64,000 bases of DNA from positions 137,144,001 through 137,208,000 of the forward strand of contig NC_042998.1 of the NCBI RefSeq assembly GCF_006345805.1, written 5' to 3'. Under the pieces are notes generated by a model. The model saw nothing but the letters and a program-made list of their open reading frames with translations, had not been told where the DNA came from and ran no database searches. Shown one piece after another: positions 13,400 to 27,849 of this stretch (within the stretch, counting starts at the first letter, position 1; each line of letters opens with the position of its first letter). A program made the translations under genes and the position numbers. This stretch comes from Octopus sinensis. Taxonomy: Eukaryota.

Positions 13400-13616
13400 T
13401 TGCGACATTTTCCACTGTTGATACTCCGAGAGTCACATGTGATAAACTAGATGCATAGATCAATGCATTGCAATTTTTTCTAGGTATCGCTTCATTTACT
13501 CTGTTCAGATCAGCCAGAAGCAAATTAATTCTGTTTCCTCAACACAACATTGCAAACTAACTTGCAAGTATAAATTATAGTGAATTGGAAGGTAAGATTC
13601 ACTAATCTATGGGTAA

Positions 13617-13980
13617 GCCCCCTTTGGTTTACTTTGCTTTTCAACCTTTCAGGAGTCGATAAAGTAATTACCAGTCAAGTACTGGGGTCGATGTAATCGA
13701 CTAACACCTCTCCTCAAAAACTACTGTCCCTGTCAAAATTTGAAACCATTATTTTAATGCAATATGGTGGCGAGCTGGCAGGATCACTAGCACGCCAGAC
13801 AAAATGTTTGTGGCATTTCTTCAGGCTTCACATTCTGGGTTTTAATTCCACCGAGATTGATTTTGCCTTTCATCCATTCGGGGTTGGTAAAATAAAGTAC
13901 CAGTTATGTACTGAGGTCGATATAATCGACCTGAGATTTTGGGCAAAATCTCAGTCATTGTACCTATAGTAGAAAGGGAT
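13617..13980 (+). mobile_element. SINE family 1, two tandem copies
   Basis: Same head, B-box-like motif and core as the 11963 copy. Other dispersed copies at about 1980-2146(-), 4581-4740(+), 35681-35885(+), 36340-36550(-) and 47470-47635(+). Confidence 0.8.
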
Positions 13981-14276
13981 ATTTTAATACGTCAAATTTA
14001 AGAAATCTCTATATCCCACGTTACGATTCGTGAAAATTCAACAGAAAACATTCTTTAAAACTTTAATATTCCATGTGATCAAAGCACCTATTGTAACGGG
14101 TTGTACCCAGGACCGGATTTAAACCAAGGAAGGCCTGGGGCATTTCAATTCGGTGGGCCCCTTATACACAAGAAATAAAATCTTAGAAAATTACCAAATT
14201 TAAATCTCAAAACTCATCTGTTTCAGGAAGTTGAATTTGATGAGTTAGCAGAGAAAGTGACTGAAAATTTCACTTT

Positions 14277-17200
14277 ATAGAGACCCGTGATGAGTGTGTA
14301 TGCTCCAACTATGTGATCTACTGATGACGAAAAAGTTTATTTCTATCATGCTTTGAAGGGCATTATAAGAAATATCCTTCGGGCAGACAAAGTCATCATA
14401 CTAGGTGACTTTAATGCTAGAGTGGGTAGGGATTTTAACACATGGACTGTAATTGGAAAGCATGGGGTGGGAAAGTGTAATAGTAATGTTATGCTTCTGC
14501 TGCAGATGTGCGAGGAGCTGCGTCTGTGTGTTACCAATACCATGTTTCAACAAAAGAATAAGTTTAAGACCACACGGATGCACCCTACATCTAAAGAATG
14601 GCATATTCTGGATTACATCCTTGTTAGGGTGCGTGACAGATGAGATGTGCAGTGTGTTCGTGTTCTTCGTAGGGCTGAGTGCTGGACTGACCACCGCCTA
14701 GTACGTACAACAGTGAAATTCGTCACAAAACGTAAAATCCGGGCTGCAAGTATTAAACTGCCTAAAAGACTGAATGTTGCTCATCTTAGGTGTAATAGTG
14801 TAAAGAGAACTTTACGAAAGGAAATGAATGTTGCAGATATTGGTGAGGATTGGCCGACCCTTAAAAAGTCAGTTTATGATATAGGCAAGAAAGTTCTGGG
14901 ATTGATACAAAGAAAGCATCAAGATTGGTTTAAAGAAAATGATAAACAAATAGATGATTCATTGGCTGATAAAAGACGTACTTTGTCACGCTCTTTGTCA
15001 GCAAAGCCACAAGAGAGAGATGTGCTGCATAGGGAATTCAAGGATGTGAAATCACGTGTGAGGCGGAGACTCTCTCAGATGAGGGATACGTGGTGGAGTA
15101 AGAAGGCTGATGAGATACAGGCGGCGTCGGATTCCAATAACACAAAGCTGTTATATGGTCTCTTGCGAGAAGTTTATGGACCGACATTTTCTCTGATGAC
15201 ACCACTTCGAAAAAGGGATGGTAAATAACTTCTTCGAGATTCACAAGGAATTCTGCGAAGGTGGCGAAAACACTTTGATGAACTTTTGAATCAGCAGTCT
15301 GTAGTTAGTGAGGATATTCTCAATCTCATCCCTGAGTTACCTGTGAAGGCGACTCTCGCGGAACCACCAATGTTGGAGGAAGTCGCGGTGGTTGTCTCAA
15401 GGATGAATAATGGGAGGTCTCCGGGTACGGATTGCATACATGCAGTTGTTACAGCAAGGCGGTGAGAAACTTCTGCAGCAACTTCACTCCTCGTTTGGCA
15501 GGATATCGGCTAGTGAATCTGTACCTAAGGACTGGAGAAATACAGTAATCGTGGTCTTATATAAGGGAATATCATTGCTTTCTGTCGTAGGCAAGGTTTT
15601 TATGCAGGGTACTTCTGGATCGTCTGCTGAAACACATTACAGATTGTGTTCTTCCAGACAGTCAATCTGGCTTTCGTGTGGGACGCGGCTCCGATGATGT
15701 GATCTTCTCAGCTAGACAGCTTCAGGATAAGCGTGTCGAACAGGGTCTAGATTTATATCAGATTTTTGTCGATCTGACAAAAGCCTTCGATACTGTTAAT
15801 GGAAATGCACTGTGGAAAGTCCTCCAAAAACTTGGTTGTCCTAAAAAGTTCCTTGCTTTGGTTAGGTCTTTTCATGAAGACATGAAGGGTAGGGTTAATG
15901 TTAGAGGTAAAATGTCGGAGCCCATCTCAATAAAAAAAATGTAGTGAAACAGGGGGATATTTTGGCACCGACCCTATTTGCCATATATTTTGCGATGGTT
16001 TTCTGTATTGCGTTCAAAAATTGCAGATATGGTGTTTACAGCCATTATCGAATCTCTGGCAGCATATTTAATATCAAGCGCTTTGCTGCAAAAACAAAGA
16101 GACCTTTTGTATGAAGATGATTGTGATCTAGTAGCACACACAGAGGAGACTGATATTCAACACATTTTGAATGCATTCTCCGATGCTTGTACTGCCTTAG
16201 GATTGACGGTCAGTCTCAAGAAAACTGTTGTCATGTACCAATCTGCCCCTGGTAAGCAGTATAGTGAACCAAATATCTATGTGTATGGTAAACGATTTGG
16301 TGTAGTTGATCAGTTTGTCTACCTGGGAAGCACTGTTCATAGATATAGCAATTTGAATAGTGAAATTCCATACACAATTAGGAAAGCAAGTGATGCTTTC
16401 GGAAGGCTAGAAAGGCACCTCTGGAGTCGGCGAGACATATGCAGGAAGACGAAGCTAAAGGTATACGAGGCGTGTGTGCTCTCTTCTTTATGCCTGCGAC
16501 AGCTGGGTCACATATCGATCCACCTTTAACAGCTGGAACGTTTCCATCAGATGTGTCTCATACGGATCTATGGCATTAATTGGGAGGACCGCATCAGTGA
16601 TCTTGAGATATTGGAAGGCTCTCGGTGTGAAAGTATAGAAGCTCTTGTGTTGAAGCAAAGGCTCGGATGGAGTGGTCATCTGGTCAGAATGAAAGATTCA
16701 AGGATGCCAAAAGAACTCTTTTATGGAGAGTTAGTTTAAGTAGAACGACCTCCCCATAAACCAAAAATAGACTAGCTGAAGGCTTCCTTGAAATATGCTA
16801 GCATCTCTCCTGACACATGGGAGGGCATAGCTATTGACCGTAACAGGTGGAGAAGGGTTGTGCATGAGGGGACAGCTACTTTTGAGAAATCTCGAGTTGC
16901 GCATAAGAAAGTAAGGAGGGATGTCAGGAAGGGCATTGCTGTTGCACTTCCAGACGGTAAGCTGGGCTCATGAGTCATCTTCGTAGTCATAAAGCTAGAC
17001 CGATGATTGACTACCAGGCCGCTGGTGATGGTGCTACACACCATACTAATCATGTCTGTCGGGCATGTGGAAGGGTGTGGGATTCAGTGGGAGGACTTAA
17101 ACGTCATGCAAAGGTACATAAAGCCCAATTACAATTACAGCCGGCTATTGCTAGTAAAGATTTTAGCTGCCAATTCTGTCCAAGACATTGTAGACCTTTA

Positions 17201-17330
17201 GCTGGGCTAAGAAGTCACATTCGATCACAGCACCGTTAACAGTTAAGCTTCGTGCAATGGCCATACTCGATAACGAGGGGGCAGCCATCATGTAAGTATG
17301 TATGTACGTATGTATGTATGTATGTATGTT
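14277..17330 (+). mobile_element. Decayed RTE-clade LINE (APE, RT, C-terminal C2H2 fingers)
   Basis: SVYAPT, ILGDFNARVG, HP.SKEWHILDYILVR, TDHRLV, FVDLTKAFDTV, LLYEDDC, FVYLGS, RLGWSGHLVRM..RMPK..FYGEL. Multiple stops and frameshifts; (GTAT)n tail after about 17292. Confidence 0.9.
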
Positions 17331-18847
17331 CATTTGTTTCCCTTGAAAAAATGTCTCTCAACGGATCGTTACCAAGTTTAATAGTGAGCGGCGCTCAATA
17401 TTAACAGTATAATTCATAATATAGTTGTGTAAATGACATATATCTCATTCAAGCGAATCAGATAGGAATTAAGTAAATGTGGAAACAGTTTTATTTCACT
17501 TGAGACTATTTTTTAACGTAATGTATCATCTTTATTCTATAAATTAATTTCTTATTATAATAATTTGTGGTAAGAGTTGAAACCGGATTGTCAAGAGGTA
17601 AACCAGCCTTGGAAATAAAATCATTCTTATATCATATGAAAACGAGATAATTATGAGGAAACTCACATATGCAAATATTGAATTTGCAAAAGAAGTAATA
17701 GTAGTAGAGAAATGAGATTTAATATTGCAATGAACCCCAGCTTATGTGCTGTTTAGATATGTACCCAGCTCAGTAGTGACTTCAGAAATCTGTTGAATTT
17801 CTGGACATCGTTAACTTTCAACTCAGCTTCGACCTGTTTGGCAGGATTCGCAGGTAATATCAAATATTATTTCTCAGGGATTGCGACATAAATACTTCTG
17901 CCTTGATCCACTTGTGAATGTGGAGAGGCAGACCATATTATGGAAAACTCCCTCGTCTACTCTCTATTACTCAATCCAAGTAGCTCAACAGACCTTGCAG
18001 AGTTCAATAAAAATGCAAAGAACTGCGTAATGAAATGGGAAATTGTCATATAATCATTACGCGTCGAAGAATCGAAAGAAGAAAAGACCATGTCAATATT
18101 GAATACAGTTATGTCAGTACCTCAGGATAATCAATGTTTACGGCTTTATCAGAAGAAACATAAATGAAAAAGATTATGGTAGCTTGCAATACTTGAACAT
18201 CCCACGTAAAATTGTCTATTAGCAAGACACTATTCTCCATGATGCAATCCAGCAATTGTCAAAGCTTGCTCTATGGATTCATTGATTGACTTAATAAAAA
18301 TTAGACGAGTTGAATATCGGAGGATTCTGAGTAGAAAGAAAACATCTGCAAATGAGTTGAATTCTGGGTATACTTGTATCCTCTCCTGTGGTGAAACCAG
18401 TGAAAATAGAAATGTCGATGGATTTTTTTCATAAACTAGGAGATGGCTATTGACACTAAGCTTAAGGATTATATAATGTGCATGTATAAAGAAGGAATTA
18501 AAGAAAAAGGGATAATATCGAGTGGTAATAGGGGGCGCTGCAGTTCTGCGGTACCTATAGACGAGCTGCCACTGCACAAGCACATAAATATATAGGAATA
18601 CATAGTTAAACCTTTCCACACGGGCAAAATCGCACGCAGATGCCCACAATCCTACACATATACAGTCATACACACAAACACACACACACAATACGCACGC
18701 ACATATAACACATACACACTCACACACACACACATAAACACACACACAAGAAACTCAAAACGAAGACACACACCCATAAACACACGCACACAAGTACAAA
18801 TTCACTGACATTGACACACACAAACAGAAACACAAACAGAAATACAC

Positions 18848-18895
<48 letters not shown>

Positions 18896-19978
18896 GCACA
18901 CACAAACACGCGCACGCACACACTCGCACACACGCACATAGGAGACATTTCCCCCAGACTCATGCTGAGATTTATCAAATCACACGTCTCAACATGTGAC
19001 CTGGAACAAGCTCTGGAACAGCCCACACACTTTTCTCTGTCTGATTGAAAATCTATTTACAGGAAAACAACAATAACAGTAACTGGGCACAGCAGCAACG
19101 TGCACTAGAAATTAGTGAGAAAAATATACATGAAAGAGAAGGAATCGAGGGATATGATAGGTCAGCCAGGACCGAGAAACAGCTGTACTGATGTGTATTA
19201 TGTAAGTGTGTGTAACACAGAGAAAGAGAGGCGTAAAGGCGAAAAGTGGAATAGAGAGAAAAAAGGAGTCACAGAAATTGAGAGAGAGAGAACAAACAAG
19301 GTATTGGAGAGAATGAAGATAGACATTATGATGAATGAAAAAAATACAAAGTGGCGAACAGAGAGAGATTGAAAGAGACAGAATGTGGAGGGAGAGAAGG
19401 AGTGTAAGAGAGAGAGGGAGTGAGGGAGAGATGCAGAATGTAGGCGGTAAGAAAAAGAGTTCATGTATTTACAATACAATAAAGACAGCGCCGCGTCAGC
19501 AGGCGACATTAGTAAAATCGTTAGCCTCTCTATCTCCTGCGACTGAGGCCAATTTAGTGTTCACAGGATTTCATTTTACACACACACACACACACACACA
19601 CAAGCACCCTCACACACGTATATGCATACCAACACATACATTCATACATACACATATATCTGTGCGTTTGTGTGCGTGCTTGCGTTTCTCTGTAAGCGTG
19701 TATGTATAGATTGTTTAATCGGCAGGGGTACGAAGTGACTCGAGGACCGAGAGTTTCGCGTATTGACACTTATCGAAGCCTGATAAGTGTGACGGAGCGA
19801 AACTCTCGGCCCTTGAGTCACATTGTAATATCTACCGATTAAATAAAATATATACCCATGTTTTGAGTTCTACCTTGTGCGTACACACACACACACAGAT
19901 TCAAAACTGGGCGGCCCTAGGCCATAGTAGATGACACGCAGTGGGAATGAACCTGGAATTGTGTGGTTGGGAAATAAT

Positions 19979-20044
<66 letters not shown>

Positions 20045-20559
20045 ATGGATGGATGGATGGATGGACGGTTGGATAGTTTTCGTTGAGACCTATTAAATTT
20101 CTCCATAAAATTCAAATCCAACCACTAACAATGTTACAGGATATTTTTGCTTGAGGCAAGAGACTTCAAGGGACTTAACCACCAATGATGTTTATCATCT
20201 ATATAATCGTTAACAAACAGCATAAATGTAATAACTCATCAACTGACAACTTGTCAGCTAATTCATGAGGTTTGTTAAGAAGAACTGAAGAAAGGTTTGA
20301 GAATAATGATGTAAAGGCCAAATGTATTGGACTTAAAGATTATTAAGAACTATTCGAGCAGTATTAAATGTATAAATTAATAAAAATAATTTAAATGATA
20401 CTGGTCAATCCGCTTTGTGCCTTTTTGGAGGAAGCCTCAGCGTTTCCAAGTATTGTACAAAATTTTGGAGACATAACCCAATTGCAATAATTGCAGCTTA
20501 TAGTCTCTCGTTCAAACTTGTATAGGTCAAAAGAAAGAGAGAGAGATGGACGGACAGAC

Positions 20560-21200
<641 letters not shown>

Positions 21201-22225
21201 TGAGATATATACCTCTTCACCGTTGTAGGTCATGTTGAACAGAAGTGATCGATAAGATAAATGTTCAGTGTGAATATCATCTATAAGTTGATGTTTTCAT
21301 ACACACCTGCGCGCACGCACACACCCATATATATATGTGTTTGCATACGTTCGTACATACATATGTACATGAATAAATATACGCACGTATGTGTGTATGT
21401 GAATGGCTATGTATGAATTTGTATATACACACCTTAGCTTAGTGCGTGTTATTGAAACAGAAGACGAGATTCAGGTTTGTTTCTACTAGTTATCACTAAC
21501 ATAATTAACTTTTATAAATATCGTTTTCGGATTGACTTCAGACCTTCACAAAAACTCTGGAGTTTATCTTTGATTATCACAACAAAAAATAAGCTTTAAA
21601 AGTTCATTGTAACAGATTTTCTAAAGCATTTTAACCCATTTTATAGTTTGAGGTAACAGAATTAAACATAGCTTACACAAGTCATTTTCTAGTTTCCAGT
21701 TAACTTACATGTTATATAAGGGAATTTTGAGGGTGGGGAATGGCGTGTATAACAGCTTGTTGGTATTGCTATTGGTCAGGTTGGTAACAGGGTTTCTTCA
21801 CTAGCGTAGCTTGTGAGGAGAGAGTGATCTATCCCGTGCGTCGCTTTTATGGGGCTGTATGTATGTTGGCGCCTGCTACATATTAAGTCTGTACAGGCAT
21901 GAGGTAGAGGCCCAGGGGGGTGCAAACTCAAGAGATACCCCAGGCGGCACATGCTCTAGCAACGACACTGAGTTAGTTTATTCGAAATCTCCTTGTATGT
22001 ATATGCAAGGTGATTACATCTGCGTAGATTGTAAGGAATTGAATCTGCGACTCTGCTTCTGTTGTTCACTTACTTTGCTAATGCTTTTCATATCAGGATA
22101 AATACCAAAACGTCTATTTCCACATACCCTGAAAGCGTATGTCTTCAGTTCACTGAAGTATACTATATATCTCTGATCAGGAAAAGTGAAATAATTGATT
22201 CTATCTAGCACGCAAGTATATTGGG

Positions 22226-22648
22226 GGATCTTTTCGGTTTGAACGGCAGTTTTTCTAGCGGTGTCATATGAAGTTGTCACCCATAATTATGACCCTAGTA
22301 TCGATCTATTGCATTTCAAGCTGTTTTAGGGTTAGGATTACTAAGGGTTAGGGTTAGGGTTAGGGGTGGGGGAAGGGTATCTTTTTTTCTTCACAAATGT
22401 AAATAAACCATATCTGTTTCTTAAACGAGGGACATATTCATACGGCACAGAATGTTTTTTATCTCAATAGACGTCATTGATTGGTTGAAATTGCAGAAAT
22501 TGAAGAAAAAGAAAACAACAAATATCTTACAAACCATAGAAATAAAGCCAAGAGAAAAAGATGTTTTATAAACACATTCTACGAAGTTTAAAATTTTTTA
22601 GTTACCTAGAAATTATGTTAAAAACAGCCGTTCAAACCGAAAAGATCC
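22226..22648. mobile_element. MITE with ~27-bp TIRs (GGATCTTTTCGGTTTGAACGGCAGTTT) and internal TTAGGG repeats, copy 1
   Basis: TIRs at both ends; 8-bp TSD ATATTGGG on both flanks. Confidence 0.9.
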
Positions 22649-22679
22649 ATATTGGGTAAATTAAAATTTATCATTTGAC

Positions 22680-22890
22680 TTGTATGTATATGTATGCATG
22701 CATGTATGTATGTATGTATGTATGTATGTATGTATGTATGTATGTATGTATGTATGTATGCATGTATGTGTGTGTCTGTATGTATGTATGTGTGTTTATG
22801 TATGTATGCATGCATGTATGTATATATGTATGTATGTATGTATGTATGCATGAATGTATGCATGCATGCATGTATGTATGTGTGTATGTA
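22680..22890. repeat. (TATG)n microsatellite
   Basis: Direct reading; similar tracts at about 30733-30805 and 36125-36295. Confidence 0.9.
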
Positions 22891-23256
22891 TGTTCTCTTT
22901 CTCTTAGGGTAAATTTTGGCCAGCCACCTACTTGTAGCAAGATTGTGAAGGAAAGTATCTTGCTTTGCCCATCATCCTTTAAGTTTTAAGGAGGTCTTGC
23001 AGATTTTTATAGTGCCAGATATCGTGATCGTGTATAGTATATGAATTAAAGATTTACGTTCTCTCCCCAAGAACTCAAATTCATTCATACTTTGCTCCAG
23101 ACAAGTTGATATGTATCCTGTTGCTATTACACACACACTCCCTTTTTCCCCCTTTCGCTCCTTCACCGTTTTCTATCTGCCTCTCTCTATATCTCCCTTT
23201 CTCTTTTTCATTCTCTCTCGCTCCCCTTTCTCTTTTTCTTTCTCTCTCTCTCTTTA

Positions 23257-23290
<34 letters not shown>

Positions 23291-23999
23291 GTTGTCCACA
23301 CGTGACGATCGTTCATCTTTCTTTCCTCACGTGACCAACTTTCTTTTCCTTCATGGACGTTCAAAAGAACGGACGTGTTTTTTCTCTTTGTCTTCTATCT
23401 TTTCTTTTTTCAAAACAAATTTTCTCTCAGTGTTCTCTATTTTCCTCCCGTTTTGGTCTAACGCACCGCCATGTTTGTTTTCGTTCAGTTTCCTTGTATG
23501 TCTCCACTGTCTTTTTTTGATCCCAACTTTGACCCTCCATAAATCCTAAATTTTATTTTAGAATTTATGGGAACAAGTGTCTTTGAAGACTCATATTATG
23601 CTCAAAATGAAGAGTAGATAGACCGCCGACAACTGATGAAGGGTCCTTTCTTTGTGTTTACTTGTCCTGTTTTCCATTTTTCTCTCGTTGCTTACGCATT
23701 TCAAGTTATTTGCACCGTTGGTGATGTCCTGTACCCATATATGCATGTATATATATATACATACATAGAAGCAGAAGGACCCGGTTTCATTAAGGTTATA
23801 AACTCATAGCCTTAATACAGTACTCTTTGTTTGTAGTGTAAGATTAGTGTATTTCTCATAAAGTAATACTTACTTTTAACACTCAATGCTTTTACACTTT
23901 TGTACATTACATGCATATATTATTCATGTAAATATTTTCTGTCTTACCATATTTATCACTGAGAATGTAGAGATTCTTTGCATCTCCAGCTCTGGAATA

Positions 24000-25470
24000 T
24001 CCAACATATAGCTAACCATGTGAGAAGCATGGTTGAAGGAGGTTAAGTCCCACCACCTTTAGAGATTGATCTTGTACTTTGTTGGTAGACATTGCAAAGC
24101 TCAGTTTGACAGAAAACTGCTGACTCTTGAACTAAAAGAGAAGATCATTTGTGATGAGAGGGATCCTTGGAATGAAGACATTCTCACCCATCAGGTTACC
24201 TGTAATTATTGTTGCTTCCAACACATGGGACATGGCTGTTTTAACAACCAACCTTGTTCCATTGCATAGTCCGAGTGCATCAAGGTTTCTTAACAGCATT
24301 ATGGGAGCACCTGTTTTCATGATATGCGGCGGAAATCCTGGTGTTTGAAGTGAATTGAGAAACTCCAAAGGGTAATGCGTTGCCTGTTCTTGATCAGGGA
24401 CAGAGTCAATTAATCTGTATGTACGTTCTTGGAAGCTGAGACAACAAATTTAGATTTAGCTTGTCCACAGCATCATTCTTTGGTGCCAGAATTGTTCTTT
24501 CACATAGCCACTTGTGACTTTTTTAGTTTGTGGTAATGTTTGGAAAGACCTTGCTCTTTATTTCTTCAAGTAAGGCAGTCATATTGCCAAATGGGAGGTG
24601 GTGCCGACTATCTTCTGGAACCTGTGGAAGTTTTCCATTTCCAATGTCAAGCAACTATTTGGAGAACTCTGCAGCTAGTGGGTCACCATAAATATGAACC
24701 ATCATGCTAGTTATTAGAGTAAGCTGCTTGACATGTTGCCAGATATATGAGGGCTTGCTGCAAGCTCTCAGTTCATCTGCTGTTGTTCCTCTGGGAATGA
24801 CAGGCAGAGTTTGCCTAAAGTTACCAGCCATGAGGAGGGTGACACCACTCATGATCTTATTGTTTCTGAAGTCTTGTAGTGTTCTATCAAGAGCTTCAAA
24901 GGCTGCCTTATTGGACATTGTTGCTTCATCCCACACAAAGAGTTTGGCATCTGTAAGGAACTTTGCCAACGCAATATTCTTCAATATGTTGCATAATGGA
25001 GATTCATTTTGGATCAGATTCAGAGGCAGCTTGAATGTTAAATTGGCTGTTCTTCTACTTGTCAGTAGTGTGGCTGCAATTCCAGAGGATGCAATAGCCA
25101 GAGTAATTTTCCTCTATCTCACCTTGGCAAGGAGTAGGTTGATAGGAGCATCTAAGAAGAAGACTCCATCAGTGTTATTGCAGTGGAGATCCTATTCTTT
25201 GTCAGGTGTGCATACCTTTGTCCAGCACTTTGGGATCCTCGAGCAGCACCAGTAAGCAACTGCTTTTTTATGTACAACTCTTATATCATCATTCTCAGAT
25301 GCTCTGGGTGCTGTAGTGTACAGTCTGTTCTTTTCTTGACATGCTTCCCTTTCTTCAGATGTCTCTTTTACCCTCGACAGAAACAATCCTTTGGCTGACC
25401 TTGACACTGGAGACAAATTTGAAACTTTCTTTCAAAGCATGGTTATTTATGGATACAGAAATACACCGGT
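24000..25470 (-). pseudogene. Helitron RepHel relic (PIF1-type helicase)
   Basis: [64 protein letters not shown]; many stops and frameshifts. Confidence 0.88.
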
Positions 25471-25539
25471 ACAGAAGATTGAAAACAATGAAAGTACCAT
25501 TTGGTACCAAAAATCGTTATGTTTCTATGAGGAACGGGA

Positions 25540-25685
25540 AGAGTAATATTTTTAAGCTTAAAATATATAGGAAGCTGCGACGTTCATGTATTTCCCCCAG
25601 GAACCCAAAAAACAATGCGACTGAAATGAAATAGAAGTGGTTGAAATGTAAATATTCATCAACGACGTATAGTATACATGGTAGG

Positions 25686-25756
<71 letters not shown>

Positions 25757-26010
25757 TGACAGAAATCATTAGAAGAAAGACAACAGAAATCTTTAGAAGA
25801 GTATTTTCTATGAGGAACGTGAATAGTGAAAATATATAGGAAGCTGTGACGGGACCGGAACCACAAAACAATGTGACTGAAATGAAACAGAAACGGTTAA
25901 AATGTACATATTCATCAGCGCTGTATTGTATACATACATGTGTGTGAGGAACCCGAAAACAATGCGACTGAAATGAAATGGAAGCGGTTAGAATATAAAC
26001 ATTCATCAAC
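25540..26010. repeat. Three imperfect direct repeats (GGAACC..AAAACAATG.GACTGAAATGAAA...ATTCATCA) upstream of the Helitron relic
   Basis: Units near 25600, 25858 and 25948, interrupted by a (GATA)n tract. Confidence 0.7.
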
Positions 26011-26196
26011 GGCGTTATACAAAGATGTGTGTGTGTGTGTAGCTAGCCACAATTTCTACGTCAGACATACACGTGTGTATCTAGCTAGCTGCAGTTGCTA
26101 CGTCAGTACCAGAAGTTGACATTGAAAAGCCTTTTTAAAAAAATGAATCATATATAAAGCAATATTATTTATTTTTAATGAAAAAATAAAATGAAG

Positions 26197-26611
26197 GGAT
26201 TTTTTCGGTTTGACCGGCAGTTTTTAAAATAATTTCCACGTAACTAAACACTTTTAAACTTCGTATACTGGTAGAATGTGTTTATAAAACATCTTTTTCT
26301 CTTGGCTTTATTGAGAAAATTCTATAGTTTGTAAGATATTTGTAGTTCCTTTTCTTCAATTTCTGCAATTTCAACCAATCAATGACGTCTGTTAAGGGGA
26401 AAACATTCTGTCCCGTATGAATATGTCCCTCGTTTAAGAAACAGATATGGTTTATTTACATTTCTGAAGAAAAAAAGATACCCTTCCCCAAACCCTAACC
26501 CTAACCCTAAAACAGCTTGAAATGCAATAGATCGATACTAGGGTCATAATTATGGGTGACAATTTCATATGACACCGCTAGAAAAAACTGCCGGTCAAAC
26601 CGAAAAGATCC
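26197..26611. mobile_element. TTAGGG-containing MITE, copy 2 (opposite orientation to copy 1)
   Basis: Same TIRs; perfect 8-bp TSD AAATGAAG. Confidence 0.9.
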
Positions 26612-26867
26612 AAATGAAGACCTTATTTATCCGAGATCAAATTATTCATGCATCTCAAGTATGGAACCAAATCGCGCAACCGTTTCCGCGTGAAACGCGA
26701 ATATACACATACGCGCATAGGTCTATTATAACATATATTATGTGTTTTTAATAATATTTATCTCTCACTAGCTGGAGTAGTTTTCATGTTGATCTCACCA
26801 TCAGGGAACAGTACACTATATATGTATATATATACATATATATAACAAAGTGGAACACACACACACA

Positions 26868-27222
26868 TGCGTTAGGACAGGGGACTCGCGGTCGTAATAT
26901 CGCGGTTTTGATTCCCAGATCAGGCGTTGCGAGTATTTATTGAGCGAAAACACCTAAAGCTCCACGAGGCTCTGGCAGGGGGTAATGGCGAACCCTCCTG
27001 TACTCTTTCACCACACCTTTCTCTCACTATTTCTTGCTTGTACCTGTATTTCAAAGGGCCCGCCTTGTCACACTCTGTGTGACGCTGTATTTCCCCGAGA
27101 ACTACGTTAAGAGTACACGTGTCTGTGGAGTGCTCAGCTACTTGCACATTAATTTCACGAGTAGGCTGTTCCGTTGATCGGATCAACTGGAACCTTCGTC
27201 GATGTAACCGACGAAGTGTGAT
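26868..27222 (+). mobile_element. tRNA-derived SINE family 3
   Basis: Head with GGTTTTGATTCCCAG, then TTTATTGAGCGAAAACACCT..AGCTCCACGAGGCTC. Homologous pieces at 63820-64000(-), 3055-3228(-, head) and 12960-13035 (3' end GTAACCGACGGAGTG). Confidence 0.7.
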
Positions 27223-27849
27223 CACACACACACACACACACACACATACACACACACATACACACATACAAGTAAGAACACAGATGGGGTTTAGGTTCAC
27301 TACAGCTGTTTCAGACTCGTTTTTTTTTTGGTGAACAAATGAATTAAATCATGAAACAACACGTATTCTTTCATGATATAATTGATTTCTTCATTAATAA
27401 AAAAAAACACGTCTGAAACAGCTGTAATGAACCTCAACCAATTTGTTTTCTTACTCATTTTCCACCTTACCCTGAACCTTCCCCTACCTTGGATCTAAAC
27501 CGTGAAACTGCATACTGGAGTATGTCTGTATGTGGTTTTACATATACATATGTAGCTATATCAAAGCGTATACTGATCCGTTCATGTGCATGTGTATGTA
27601 AGTGGTAAAACAAGTCCATATATAACATTAATATATGCGTGAGCGTCCATTTATACTGCTGATGCACGGATATGCTGTTCTCGACCCGAACTTGGTGTCC
27701 TAATTACTAAAATATCTCGATTCAATCGGATGTTGTAATACAGCTTTAAATTGCGATTGCGGTACATGGTACATTTTAAACATTTTACACACAAAAGTTC
27801 ATTAAAATCCTAAAACTTCACGCCGTTCATCATCTTCAGCACTGAATAA

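Noticed and set aside
14108-14165. CAGGACCGGATTT... possible hAT MITE end (similar string near 35539)
   Set aside because: No partner TIR or TSD found.
18230-18520. Minus-strand NPSTFLFSL string suggesting a TLDc exon
   Set aside because: Downstream TLDc motifs are absent, and the plus strand (GYTCILSCGE..RNVDGFF) looks more like a decayed LINE endonuclease. Neither reading is firm.
18522-18541. AGGGGGCGCTG, CTCF-like motif
   Set aside because: Only the 3' half of the consensus matches; cannot be supported without binding or conservation data.
22325-22372. True telomere or chromosome-fusion scar
   Set aside because: The TTAGGG run is short and recurs at the same position inside each MITE copy.
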